From Trichinella spiralis (taxonomy: Eukaryota): a stretch of DNA of 64,000 nucleotides. Within the stretch, counting starts at the first letter, position 1, and every line of letters starts with the position of its first letter. The stretch is from positions 4,622,425 through 4,686,424 of the forward strand of contig NW_003526941.1 of NCBI RefSeq assembly GCF_000181795.1, read 5' to 3'. The position numbers and the translations under genes were made by a program. This document shows, piece by piece, positions 42,708 to 54,940 of this stretch. Below the pieces are notes generated by a model. That model was not told the DNA's origin and searched no databases. It saw nothing but the letters and a program-made list of their open reading frames with translations.

Positions 42708-45640
42708 CGCGTCTGATGAAAATCCTTACAGTAACGCTTCGTCTGAAATAAAGTATCATTAAAAAAATAGATAAAACTGAAAAACAAAAAGCATAAAATA
42801 ATCCATTGTATATTTTTCAATAAATTTAAAATTTTCATTTATATTATTTCGAATGAAAATAAATCATAACCCAATAAATTATGCAAATAATAAACAAACA
42901 AATGAACAAATTCATGCATGCAATACCTTTTGATTGGTTAAATCTAGTTCGTCTTAACGCCGACTTTTCAGCACTGCACTGCTATGATCATTCAACTTCC
43001 TGCGTTTGTCGGCGTTGGTGATCAGTGATTTGGCGTGACCATATGCATTGTATTCACTTGTCGATCAAAGAAAAGGCGCGACAAACCGACCAATCAAAGA
43101 AAGTATAGAGAGAATTGTCGACGTGTCAGTATTGCATTCGACATTTTAAACTGCTGTAACTGGTTGAAGTGGAAAAATGATTTTTTTACTTATTTAATAA
43201 ATTTATATTCAGGAAAATGTAAACATTTTTATTTCAACGTCGACGCTTCGAACAGCACACGAGAAGCAGCAAAACGAAAGTACAGCAAGGTAATATATTT
43301 TTCTTTTCAATAATTTATATGATTGATTGTTTAAATATACTTCTGCATTATATTTTTATTTACATGTACTACTACAGATAAAAGATAAATTATTTTCTTT
43401 TAAAAAATTATTAAACAAAATGAAAGAAAAATTAATATTATACGTCACTGTTAGATTAGGTTTACACAATTAGGATAGCTCGAATAACGGCACTTCGCCT
43501 ATTTGAAAGCACTGCCAAAATTGCTTTGAATCGACTGCATTTTATAATGCACAGTTTTATTATTACGTATAATAACAATTTTAATTTTATAATTTAATAT
43601 TTCTTTGTTTTATATTTTTCATTTATTTCATTGAAAACCATTTTTATTTTGCATTTCAGTTAATGAAATAATGATTATTGTTCATGATCATGTAGAAGTT
43701 CTGATGCAAATTTAGACTAGGTCAACTAACGTTAGATGTTTATTTAGCTTCGTCTGTTATGTAGCTTGCTTAGTTGAACACTTAAGTAGATCTACAAATT
43801 GCTGCTGATTGCCCAGTGTTTTTAACAAAATATTGCGATAAAGGTATATGTGGTTATTTATTTTTTTTCACATTCCATAAGTCAGGACTAGAGATATTTA
43901 GAAAGGTTGAAGTATCCGTTAGTTCAATTCGATTTAAGAAAAATCTACTGGATTGAGATTTGTACAAATGCAGTAATTTGGTTTCTTTTGCGGCAGAATT
44001 TCCAAATGCAGTGTTTTCACGTGTTTACTGATTTTTGTTTAACTTCATTTTGGTTTTACATTTCATTTTTTCAATATTCTGTTGCGTTTTGATGGTGTGG
44101 GCCATGAACAAGACTCCACGCGGCAATTTGAATGTTTAAGAGTCGATTACCTATGATGGGCAGACTTTCAGAATGAATAAGAGTGTAAAGTGATTTATTA
44201 TAAATTTTAATATTAGAAATGACTCACAACTGACCTAACAGAGTACAAAACACACTCAAACAGAAGCAAGACTTTCTGTTTAGCTGTTTTCTTCTTATTA
44301 TATATATTTCACTGGTTATCGCAGAGAAAATCAAGCGCATAAGACATAGGAGCCGTTGCTGATGAGATTACTTTCCTTTTATAGCCGATACAATTTGGGT
44401 CAAATGACTATCAAATATCAGAGATTTGTACTTTTACTCCACCATCCTCCCTTAATATATGAAACGCCTTTGTGTTTATTCTTGTGAGACGTTAAAAACA
44501 GAAAATGCGCAGTCTTCTTTCGTCCAGACATCCTTCTCTGATATAGCTACATTTTTCAAACCATCAAAGCGTATGATATTTTCACTGTAGGGGTTTTGCT
44601 AATTCTGCAAACAGCTTCACTTTCTGTATATTAAATTTAAAATTTTTACTCATGTATTTATATTGTTCGTCATTAGTCATATTACAAACGATTTAAATGA
44701 AAATTAGCTGATTAACAAATTCACTGAACGAAAACAGAAAAATTACTTAAAAAATTATTTGTAAAAGTAAGGTAATGGAAATAATTAAAAGTACCGTAAT
44801 ATACAGTATCTAGATTGCCAAATCACTGAAAAGAGGACTGCAATGTAACAGACCAATGAGAAAAGAGCAAAAGTTTTATCCGTAGTTAATATTTCATTTG
44901 AATGATTTACGACTGACGGTAGCGGTGCGTATTCAAAATGCAAGTAAAAGAAACCGCATCAAGGTAAAAGATTAATATCATAACATTCATTTGCTATTTT
45001 TTTATGAATGCATGTATATTTATGTATTTAAGCATTTGTTGATTTTAATGAGCATAAAAGTTGAAATACTTGTAAATAACAATTTCCCATTATACGTAAA
45101 GTCTAATGTTGAACAGTTTCAAAAAATAGATAATCTTATTTGTTATTCCATTTTTCAATTTGCTCTTGCTTTTGGCACTGAATTTCATTGTGAGCAGAAC
45201 AGGTTGAATATCTCTAAGCCGATTGCATTTACTGTTGAGCAACACAGCAAAATGCCGTTTGTCATACAGAAATTATGCAATTTATTATCGCTTCGTATTA
45301 TATTTTCAAAATTTAGCTTATCATAGGTATTGGGCAAATTACATTTTTGTCTGCTTAATTTTGTCAAACGCACAGTTACTGTGCTGATATTTTCATGAAA
45401 AGTTTTTGCCATGAAATCTATTTATGTAGTCAGTTTTGAATTTTCAAATCTCAAATTCCCTTATGCGTAGGTGTGTTTTGTTTAAGTCAATGTTTTTGTT
45501 ATGGCGATTTTTGTCAGATAGTTTATATTTTGACTTTTTTGTCGGATAGTTGTCGAATCCAGAACTGGTAAAATCCGTTGAATTGACTGCTACAAATAGC
45601 GAGGCGCGTAACGAGAGTAACTTTATGCAAATATAATTAG

Positions 45641-45835
45641 GAAAATTGCCGACGGCAGTTGCTGCAAGCAGTTGACCTTATTCAAACCGGAAGTAATTTA
45701 TATATAAATGTCTGTTCGTTAAGAGTTGTTGTTGTTGAATAAATATTCACTCGAGAAAGGCGTTATCATTACTGCTCTGCGTTAGTTATTCATTTTCAGG
45801 TATTGCGCTTCAAACATACGTTTTGAGTGTTTACC
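45641..45835 (+). promoter_or_regulatory. Promoter-like block, copy A (ETS motif + TATA)
   Basis: ATTGCCGACGGCA..ATTCAAACCGGAAGTAATTTATATATAAAT, with a homologous copy at 56801-57000. Confidence 0.5.
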
Positions 45836-46212
45836 CTTAAAGTGTAGTAGCTCTGGTCAATTGGATATATGATTCAGATAGTTTATATTTTTACTGAATT
45901 GTAAACGTTAAGGTCATTTCAGAATTTTCATGTAGTTCTCATTAGTAGAAGGTACCAGTGCATTTCTTCTGTTCGTATTATATTTCGGAGCAGGTCACAA
46001 TTTATCTTCACCAAAAAGTTGTAATACACTAAAAACCGGTTTATAGCGCAACACTATGCAAATAACGATTTTTATAAAGGTGCCGTGTCATCAGTAAGGG
46101 TGTTATTTTTCCTTTCACTTACGTGGCAATTGGTAGCGTTGAGAAACGCTCTCTGAGTTCATTGTGGCGTTAAGTTGCCGCTGAATTCTGTTCCTGAATT
46201 ATTGAAAAAATA

Positions 46213-47311
46213 TTCCATTTTTCTACCTGTCTCAGATATCTCAAATAATTAACTTTTAATTGAAAAGATGTTACTTATTACATTTGTTGTAACTCTACTT
46301 TGTGATAATGTGAGAATAGTTTTGATTTAATATCATTTTTGCAGGTAAAATTAATGAAGCAAAGAAAAAGTGAAAATGCGGATAACACGAAGCAGAACCA
46401 GAGAAGGCCAGAGGTAAATGCGATTTCTTGTGTGTGATGATTCTGTGAGACAGGGCTTAGTATAATTAGAAAGTGTGAAGGTATTCCTTAGTTTATTTGA
46501 ATAATTTAAGTTTGTAATATATAATATATAAATAAGATGTTTTTCACTGTAAAACTGTACATTTGATTTTTCATATTATGTTACGATTTGGTTAGATTTG
46601 ATTTTGTTTGGTTAGTTTTGGCAAAGCAACAAAATAATTTGTCAATTTTCTTGTTATGGCGTTTTTCCACAGGTAGTTTATATTTTGACTGAATTTGAAA
46701 TACCAAGGTCATTTCTGAATTTTTGAATAGTGAATTAACTGTGCATTTGAACTTTTTCTCCAAGAAAATTGAAATGAATTCCATTTAATATTGCGCATTT
46801 GATGTATTAACGGTTCGCTTTGCATAAATTTTCAATGTTCCTAATTTCTCAGCTTTAGGTTAGAATTACTTCCTCATCTTGAAAGTTTTCCAATCCACTA
46901 AAACTGATTTCTAGCGCTGCATTATGCAAATAACGATCAATAGAAAATTGCATGATCATCAGTGACTATGAACTTGTCTGTTTAACTTACGTGGCAAGTG
47001 GCAAAGTTGTCAAACGTTCTCTGTTTCTGTTTTGTCGTTAAGTAATTCCATTTTAATCCATGTTACTATTTCTTGAAAGTGTATATTCAATCATATTATG
47101 TTTGCGGTATCTTTAACTAAAATGATTTATTTCATCTGTTTAAAAATACTTTCTGCAGTATTTCAATTTTGCTAAGTGATAAAACGAGAAAATCTTAGAT
47201 ACAACATTTACTATTCTTGCAGATACGACAAATGAAGAAACGAAAAAGTGGAAAAAGGACGACACGCAGCAAATAGGGCACTAAGCGAAACAGAACAAGA
47301 AAAGACAAAAG
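46213..47311 (+). repeat. 1.1 kb direct segmental duplication, copy 1 (exon-like units 46345-46413 and 47223-47311)
   Basis: Near-identical to about 53304-54412 (offset about 7.1 kb). Both units are bounded by TGCAG acceptors and GTAAAT donors. Confidence 0.92.
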
Positions 47312-47319
47312 GTAAATGC

Positions 47320-50300
47320 GTCACACACCCTTCCAGCATCAATTCAGGGTTGTATACTTGCTCAACATACGTCCACCGCCTAATCAGCGTGGAATACCCC
47401 CCCTACCACGCCTCAAGTACACATTCATATTTGTGAACCCCATCGCCGATCCATACAATTGCACTTCATTGTTGTATACCTGCACACCACATTTCCAACG
47501 CATAATCAGAGTAGAATCCTGGCCCCCTACCACTCCACAACCTACCCAGTGTAGTGGGCACAATTGCCATTGTGGACACCAGTCATTCGGCCTGCTATTC
47601 CCTGACGTTCCCTGCCCATCACCCGTCAATTTTTATACACCCGCGCTCAACTTATCCTACAATGGATTCACAGTGGTATTCAGCCCGCCCGCCCATTCAA
47701 CATTCCTTCTCAATAATGTACCTTTTTACCACTCCATCAATGACTACTTAATAACGGAATGTCCCCCGGCGGTATGCCCTCCCCCGAATCCTCTAGCACT
47801 AATTCAGGGTTGTATAACTGCTTACCATACTTCCACCGCCTAATCAGAGTATTAACCCCGCCCCCTACACTTCCACCACCTACCTAGTTTTGTGAACCAC
47901 ATATCCAATGCCTACACCAATTATTCGGCCTTCTATTCCTCCACGCTCCCCATCCGCCAACCATCAATTGTTATATACCCGCGGACCACTTATCCTGCTA
48001 TGCATTCACAGTGGCATACGGTCAAGCCGCTATCCAATATCCATTCACAAGACTTTTTCTACTACTCCATCCATCAGGCAGTAGGAGTGTTACACCCGAC
48101 CGACACCGCTCCAGTAGCTATTCGGTGATGCACACCTGCTAATTATATTTCCACCGTATAATCATAGTGGAATCCCCGCCCACTCCCCTCTAGCACATAT
48201 CGAGACTTGCGAGTCCCACTACCAATCCTTCCACCAATTACTCGTCCATCTGCACCTGCCTTCTCCCTCTCCGTCATCTATAAATTGTTGTATACCCTCA
48301 TACCACTCATCCCACAATGCATATATAGTGGTAACCTCCGGCCTGCCCATCCATCAATCTTTCTCAATGATATCCGTTCTTACAACTGCTTCCATTGCTC
48401 CATAATAGCGGGATGCCCTTTCAACACCCCTCCAGCCCCAATTCAGGGCTGTATACCTGCTCACCATGCTTCCACCTCCTAATCACTGTGGAATTCCGGC
48501 TGACAATCCTCTTGCACATCCCGAGGCTTGTGAACCGCACCGCCAATCCTTACACCAATTACTGGGCAATCTATACTTGACTTCTCCCTATCCATCACGT
48601 ATCAGTTGCGTACCCGCAGTCCAATCATCCCGCAATGCATTTATAGTGGTATACGGCCGGACCGCCCATCCAACATTCATTATCAATGATATACCTTCTT
48701 ACCACTCTGTCTGTTACTCTGTAAAAGCGGTATGCATTCCCCACACCCGTCAAGCATCCATTCTGAGTTATATGATTCATCACCACATTTCCACTGAATA
48801 ATCAGAGTGTAATACCCGCTCACCACCCATTGACCCCTTACCAAGAGTTGTGAAGCCCACCGCCAATCCTTGTACCGACCGTTCGGTTATCTTTACCCGT
48901 TATCCCCCAGTCCATCACCTATCAATTTCTGTACACCCGTTGTCCACTCATCCCACAATACTTTCAGAGAGGTATACGGCCCGCCCGCCCATCCAACATC
49001 CATTCCCACTTATTCACCTTTCTACGACTCCATCCACCAACCAGTAGGAGTGGTTCACTCATTCCACACCCCTCCATTACCAATTCAATATTGTATTCCT
49101 GCTCACAACATTTCCGCCGCATAATCAGACTGGACCTCCCACCCCACTGCCTTTCCACCACCTACCCAGTGTTGTGAACCCCCTCGACAATCCTTACACC
49201 AGGAATTCGGCCATCTATAACCACCCACACCCAGTCCATCATGTATCGATTGTTGTATGCCCGCTGTCCACTTCTCCTACAATGCATTCAGAGTGGTATT
49301 CGGCCGCCCCGCCCTTCCAACATTCATTCTCATTGATGTTCCTTCTTACCACTCCATTTGTTGCTCCGTAATAGCGGCATGCCCTCCACACGGCCGTCCA
49401 GCCCCTATTCTGAGTTATATAATTGATCACCGCCATTCCGCTGCATAATCACAGTGGAATACCCGCTCACCACCCAACCACCACTTGCCCAGTGTTATGA
49501 TGCCCGTCGCCAATCCTTATACTAATCATTCGGCCATCTTTACCCGTTATCCCCCAGTCCATCACCTATCAATTTCTGTACACCCGTTGTCCACTCATCC
49601 CACAATACTTTCAGAGAGGTATACGGGCCGCCCGCCCATCCTACATCCATTCCCACTTATTCACCTTTCTACGACTCCATCCACCTCTCAGAAGGAGTGG
49701 TTCACTCATTCCACACCCCTCCATTACAAGTTCAATGTTGTATTTCTGCTCACAACATTTCCACCGGATAATCAGAGTGGAATTCCCACCCCACTGCCTT
49801 TCCACAACCTACCCAGTGTTGTGAACCCCCTCGACAATCCTCACACCAGTGATTCCGCTATTTATAACCACCCACTTCCAGTCCATCATCTATCGATTGT
49901 TGTATACCCGGGGTCCGCTTCTCCTACAATGCATTCAGAGTGGTATTCGGCCGCCCCGCCCTTCCAAAATTCATTCTCATTGATGTTCCTTCTTACAACT
50001 CCATTTGTTACTCCGTAATAGCGGCATGCCCTCCACACGCCCGTCAAGCCCCCATTCTGAGTTATATAATTGATCACCACAATTCCAATGCATAATCAGA
50101 GTGGAATACTTTTGACCCACCAACCGAACCACCACCTTCACCCAGTGTTGTGAAGCCCATCTCTTCAATCCTTGTACCAGATTCTTCGGNCANCAGTACC
50201 CTTTATCCCCCAGTCCATCACCCATCAATTTCTGTACACCCGTTGTCCACTCATTCCACAATACTTTCAGAGTGGTATACGGCCCGCCTGCCCATCCCAA

Positions 50301-52290
50301 CATTCATTCTAATGATGTACCGTCTTATCCACTCCATCTGTTACTCTGTAATAGCGGCATTTCCCTCCCCACACCCATCAAGCTACCATTCTGAGTTATA
50401 TAATTGAACACCACATTTTCCACTGCATAAACGGCGTATAAATACTCTCCCCCACCACCCATCCACCATCCTAATCCAGTGTGTGTGGAAGCAACGTGCG
50501 CCAATCCTTATACTTATCGTTCGANTCATTTTTACCCTTTTATCACCCATTCCATCACCTATNCAATTTCTGTACACNCCGTTGTCCACTCATCCCACAA
50601 TACTTTCAGAGAGGTATACGGGCCGCCCGCCCATCCAACATCCATTCCCACTGATTCACCTTTCTACGACTCCATCCACCTCTCAGAAGGAGTGGTTCAC
50701 TCATTCCACACCCCTCCATTACAAATTCAATGTTGTATTTCTGCTCACAACATTTCCACCGGATAATCAGAGTGGAATTCCCACCCCACTGCCTTTCTAC
50801 AACCTACCCAGTGTTGTGAACCCCCTCGACAATCTTTACACCAGTGATTCGGCCATCTATAACCACCCACTCCCAGTCCATCATCTATCGATTGTTGTAT
50901 ACCCGGGGTCCACTTCTCCTACAATGCATTCAGAGTGGTATTCGGCCGCCCCGCCCTTCCAACATTCATTCTAATGATGTTCCTTCTTACCACTCCATTT
51001 GTTACTCCGTAATAGCGGCATGCCCTCCACACGGCCGTCCAGCCCCTATTCTGAGTTATATAATTGATCACCACAATTCCAATGCATAATCAGAGTGGAA
51101 TACTTGCCCACCACCCAACCACCACTTACCCAGTGTTGTGAAGCCCATCGCCAATCCTTGTACCAATCGTTCGGTCATCTCTACCCGTTATCCCCCAGTC
51201 CATCACCCATCAATTTCTGTACACCCGTTGTCCACTCATGCCACAGTACTTTTGGAGTGGTATGCGGCCCACCCTCCCGTCAAACATCACTTCCCACTGC
51301 ACCTTTCTACGACTCCATCCACCACTCTGTATGAGTGGTTCACTCATACCACACCCCTCCATTAACAATTCAATGTTGTATTCCTGCTCACAACATTTCC
51401 ACCGCATAATCAGATTGGAATTCCCACCCCTCTACCCTTTCTTTACCTACGTAGTGTTGTGAACTCCCTTGACAATCCTTACACCAGTGATTCGAACATC
51501 TATACCCACCCGCTCCCAGTCCATCATCTATTGATTGTTGTATACCCGCGTTCCACTTCTCCTACAATGCATTCAGAGTGGTATACGGCCGTCCCGCCCA
51601 TCCAACATTCATTCTAATGATGTACTGTCTTACCACTCCGTCAGTTACTCTGTTATAGCGGTATGCTCTCCCCACACCCGTCAAGCCCCTATTCTGAGTT
51701 ATATAATTGATCACCACATTTCCACCGCATAATCAGAGTGGAATTCCCACCCCTTTTCCCTTCCACTACCTATCCAGTGTTGTTTACCCCCTCGACAATC
51801 CTTACATTTATCATTCGGCCATGTATACCCACCCGCTCCCATTCCATCATCTATCCATTGTTGTATGCGCTCATCCCACAATGCTTTCAGAGTGGTATAC
51901 GGTCTACCTGCCCATCGTACAACCATTCACAGATGTGCTTCTTCCTACTATTCTGTCCATTATTTCTTAGTTGCAGCATACCCGCCCCACGCTTTTCTAG
52001 TACCATTTCAGTGTTGTACTCCTGCTCAGCGCATTTCCATCGCATTATCAGAGTGGAAACCCCGCCCACCACCCCTGCATCAACGATTTAGAGTTGTGAA
52101 ACAGAACGTGAATCCCTCTTTGAATCATTCGGCGTTGTATTTCCGCCCGCACACAGTCCATCATCCATCAAGATTTCTGTACCTGCCAGCCATTCTACAA
52201 AACCCATTCAGAGAGTTATATTCCTCCCCTGCCCATCCACCATGCATTCACAATGATGTCCCTTTTTACCACTTTCTCCACTACTCCTTG
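47320..52290. repeat. C-rich tandem satellite, about 323 bp monomer with A/B dimer (about 647 bp)
   Basis: Marker ATAATCAGAGTGGAAT recurs at about 47841, 48158, 48480, 48798, 49121, 49445, 49768, 50092, 50427, 50763, 51086, 51406, 51729, 52043. Alternate units are much more similar than adjacent ones. Confidence 0.97.
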
Positions 52291-52961
52291 ACTGTTTGTT
52301 GGATTGTTGGCGTTAGGTACGTTGCTGGATTGTTGGGTTGGGGACGACCCCACTTCAGAAAAACACATGTAAAGAGCTGGAAGTATTTTCAATTTTTATG
52401 ATATTTGTTTTATTAAATAGTTCGAAGAATGCTGTGCTTGATGTTATCAATGTATTTCCAATTTTCAGAATTTTAAAGCCTTTTGTTTGCAAAAAATGCG
52501 GCAAAATTTTCGTTAAAAAATTATCATTTTTCAGTTTTCTTCATCGTGAATTCGTAAAAGTTGAATAAAATTCGTAAAAGAAATTACAACCTTGAGTATA
52601 GCACGTTATTCTGCATATTTTGATACGAAAGTCAGTTCTATAGTCATTTTTTTGGTTCTGAAATTACTACATTTTTTTAAGCCTTTTCTGTAGTTTTAAC
52701 ATGAACGCATGGAAATGTTGTGAAGGACATCAGTATTTCATATTTTGTGGTTTAACTATGCATTATTAATTTAATTTTAGGTATTTTGATTAAAATTTCA
52801 TTATTTGAAATAAATTTTAAGACTCTTTTAGCTAAAATATTCAACAAAGTTGACGTAATAAATCTATTGATCTTCCTTTATTTGGAAGTGCTAGGATAAA
52901 CATCACAATGCTCACAGTAGCTGCGCAGGTGTTCATTGCAGCATGGAAGCAGAATGCAGAG

Positions 52962-53186
52962 GAAGATCTCTTGGCTAAAAAAACGACGATTGTGGGAACA
53001 TTGTGGAGGAATAAAAAGGAGGTGCCATCAGAATTAACAGAAGTCAGGGGGTGAGAAGTGGGTTCGTCATTGTTTGTTACTCTTGTAAGCTACATCCAGA
53101 AGCGAATGAAATGCGTCTTGCTGATGTCGACAATGCACCATGATGATGCAGTAAATGAAGATCAAGAACGAAAACAGGATATCGTA
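52962..53186 (+). mobile_element. piggyBac transposase fragment (pseudogenised)
   Basis: Translates EDLLAKKTTIVGTLWRNKKEVPSELTEVRG*EVGSSLFVTLVSYIQKRMKCVLLMSTMHHDDAVNEDQERKQDIV, matching piggyBac motifs (IVGTxRxNK, TLVSY, LLSTxH). In-frame TGA at 53052 and an apparent short deletion after GSSLF. Confidence 0.85.
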
Positions 53187-53303
53187 CCTTCTGCCTTCTT
53201 ACAAGTCGGCATTTAATATAAAATGAGTATGCAGTTTATTACTTGTATTCATATTATTTCTAGTATTTCAAATATGCTTAGTAAGGAAGATAAGGATTTC
53301 CGC

Positions 53304-54412
53304 ATTCCATTTTTTTACTTGTGTCAGAAATTTTTTACTTGTGTCAGAAATATAAACTTTTAATTGAAAAGGTGTTATTCAGAAGTATCACAGTTGTAAC
53401 TCTACTTTGTGATAAAGTAAGAATACTTTTAATATATTTTTGCAGATAAAATTAATGAAGCAAAGAAAAAGTGAAAATGCGGATAACACGAATCAGAACA
53501 AGTGAAGCCCAGTGGTAAATGCGATTTCTCGTCTGTAATGATTCTGTGTGATTGGGCTTTAGTATACTTAGAAAGTATGAAGATATTCCTTAGTTTATTT
53601 GAATAATTTAAGTTTGTAATATATAATATATAAATAAGATGTTTTTCACAGTAAAACTGTACATTTGATTTTTCATATTATGTTACGATTTGGTTAGATT
53701 TGATTTTGTTTGGTTAGTTTTGGCAAAGCAACAAAATAATTTGTCAATTTTCTTGTTATGGCGTTTTTCCACAGGTAGTTTATATTTTCACTGAATTTGA
53801 AATACCAAGGTCATTTCTGAATTTTTGAATAGTGAAGTAACTGTGCATTTGAACTCCTTCTCCAAGAAAATTGAAATGAATTCCATTTAATATTGCGCAT
53901 TTGATGTATTAACGGTTCGCTTTGCATTAATTTTCAATGTTCCTAATTTCTCAGCTTTAGGTTAGAATTACTTCCTCATCTTGAAAGTTTTACAATCCAC
54001 TAAAACTGATTTCTAGCGCTGCATTATGCAAATAACGATCAATATAAAATTGCATGATCATCAGTGATTATGAACTTGTCTGTTTGACTTACGTGGCAAG
54101 TGGCAAAGTTGTCAAACGTTCTCTGTTTCTGTTTTGTCGTTAAGTAATTCCATTTTAATCCATGTTACTATTTCTTGAAAGTGTATATTCAATCATATTA
54201 TGCTAGCGGTATCTTTAACTAAAATGATTTATTTCATCTGTTTAAAAATACTTTCTGCAGTATTTCAATTTTGCTAAGTGATAAAATGAGAAAATCTTAG
54301 ATACAACATTTACTATTCTTGCAGATACGACAAATGAAGAAACGAAAAAGTGGGAAAAGGACGACACGCAGCGAATAGGGCACTAAGCGAAACAGAACAA
54401 GAAAAGACAAAG
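53304..54412 (+). repeat. 1.1 kb direct segmental duplication, copy 2 (exon-like units 53446-53514 and 54325-54412)
   Basis: Near-identical to 46213-47311. Carries a local 20-bp tandem duplication (TTTTTTACTTGTGTCAGAAA x2) at 53311-53350. Confidence 0.92.
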
Positions 54413-54564
54413 GTATATGACGTTCCGCATGGGTACCAATTTTGTACCTCTGTGCTAGTGATACAATGAATGCGTGAAATTCTTCTTCCTGTACTTTTCC
54501 TTCCATTAAGATAAACTATCTTTCAACTCAGTTTATAAGAAAATCGTTCAACTTCGTATATAGA

Positions 54565-54940
54565 GGATATCCTTCATCACCACCAATTCAGAGAGGTATA
54601 TTAACCCACCACAATTCCACCGCGGATTCAGAATCTTGAACATGGTTTGGTACTACTCGGTCCCGCTTTTCTCTCATTGGTCTTTACCCATACATATCAT
54701 TGTACCATACCGGCCCAGGATTAGCCCAACACCCATTAAAATTTTTATACCCGCCAGTCACTAACTCCACAAACCATTCAGAATGCTATACCCCCGGCCA
54801 GCCCATCTATCATCCATTCACAATGTTGCAACTTTCTACCATTTCATCTATTACTCTTTGCTAGCGGTATACTCTCCCCACACCTCTCTAGCACCAGTTC
54901 AGAGTGGAATACCCGCCCACCACCCTTCTACTACCTATTC
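54565..54940. repeat. Degenerate remnant of the 47-52 kb satellite
   Basis: Contains TTCAGAGAGGTATA, CCCATCTATCATCCATTCACAATGTTG and CAGAGTGGAATACCCGCCCACC motifs of the satellite. Confidence 0.8.

Noticed and set aside
43648..43712. Possible C/D snoRNA (ATGATTA...CTGA with terminal stem)
   Set aside because: The C box is imperfect, the spacing is too short, and no recognisable rRNA guide is present.
47316..52401. Many His/Pro/Ser-rich ORFs in the satellite
   Set aside because: Frames shift and stop between near-identical units; they are by-products of C-rich tandem DNA.
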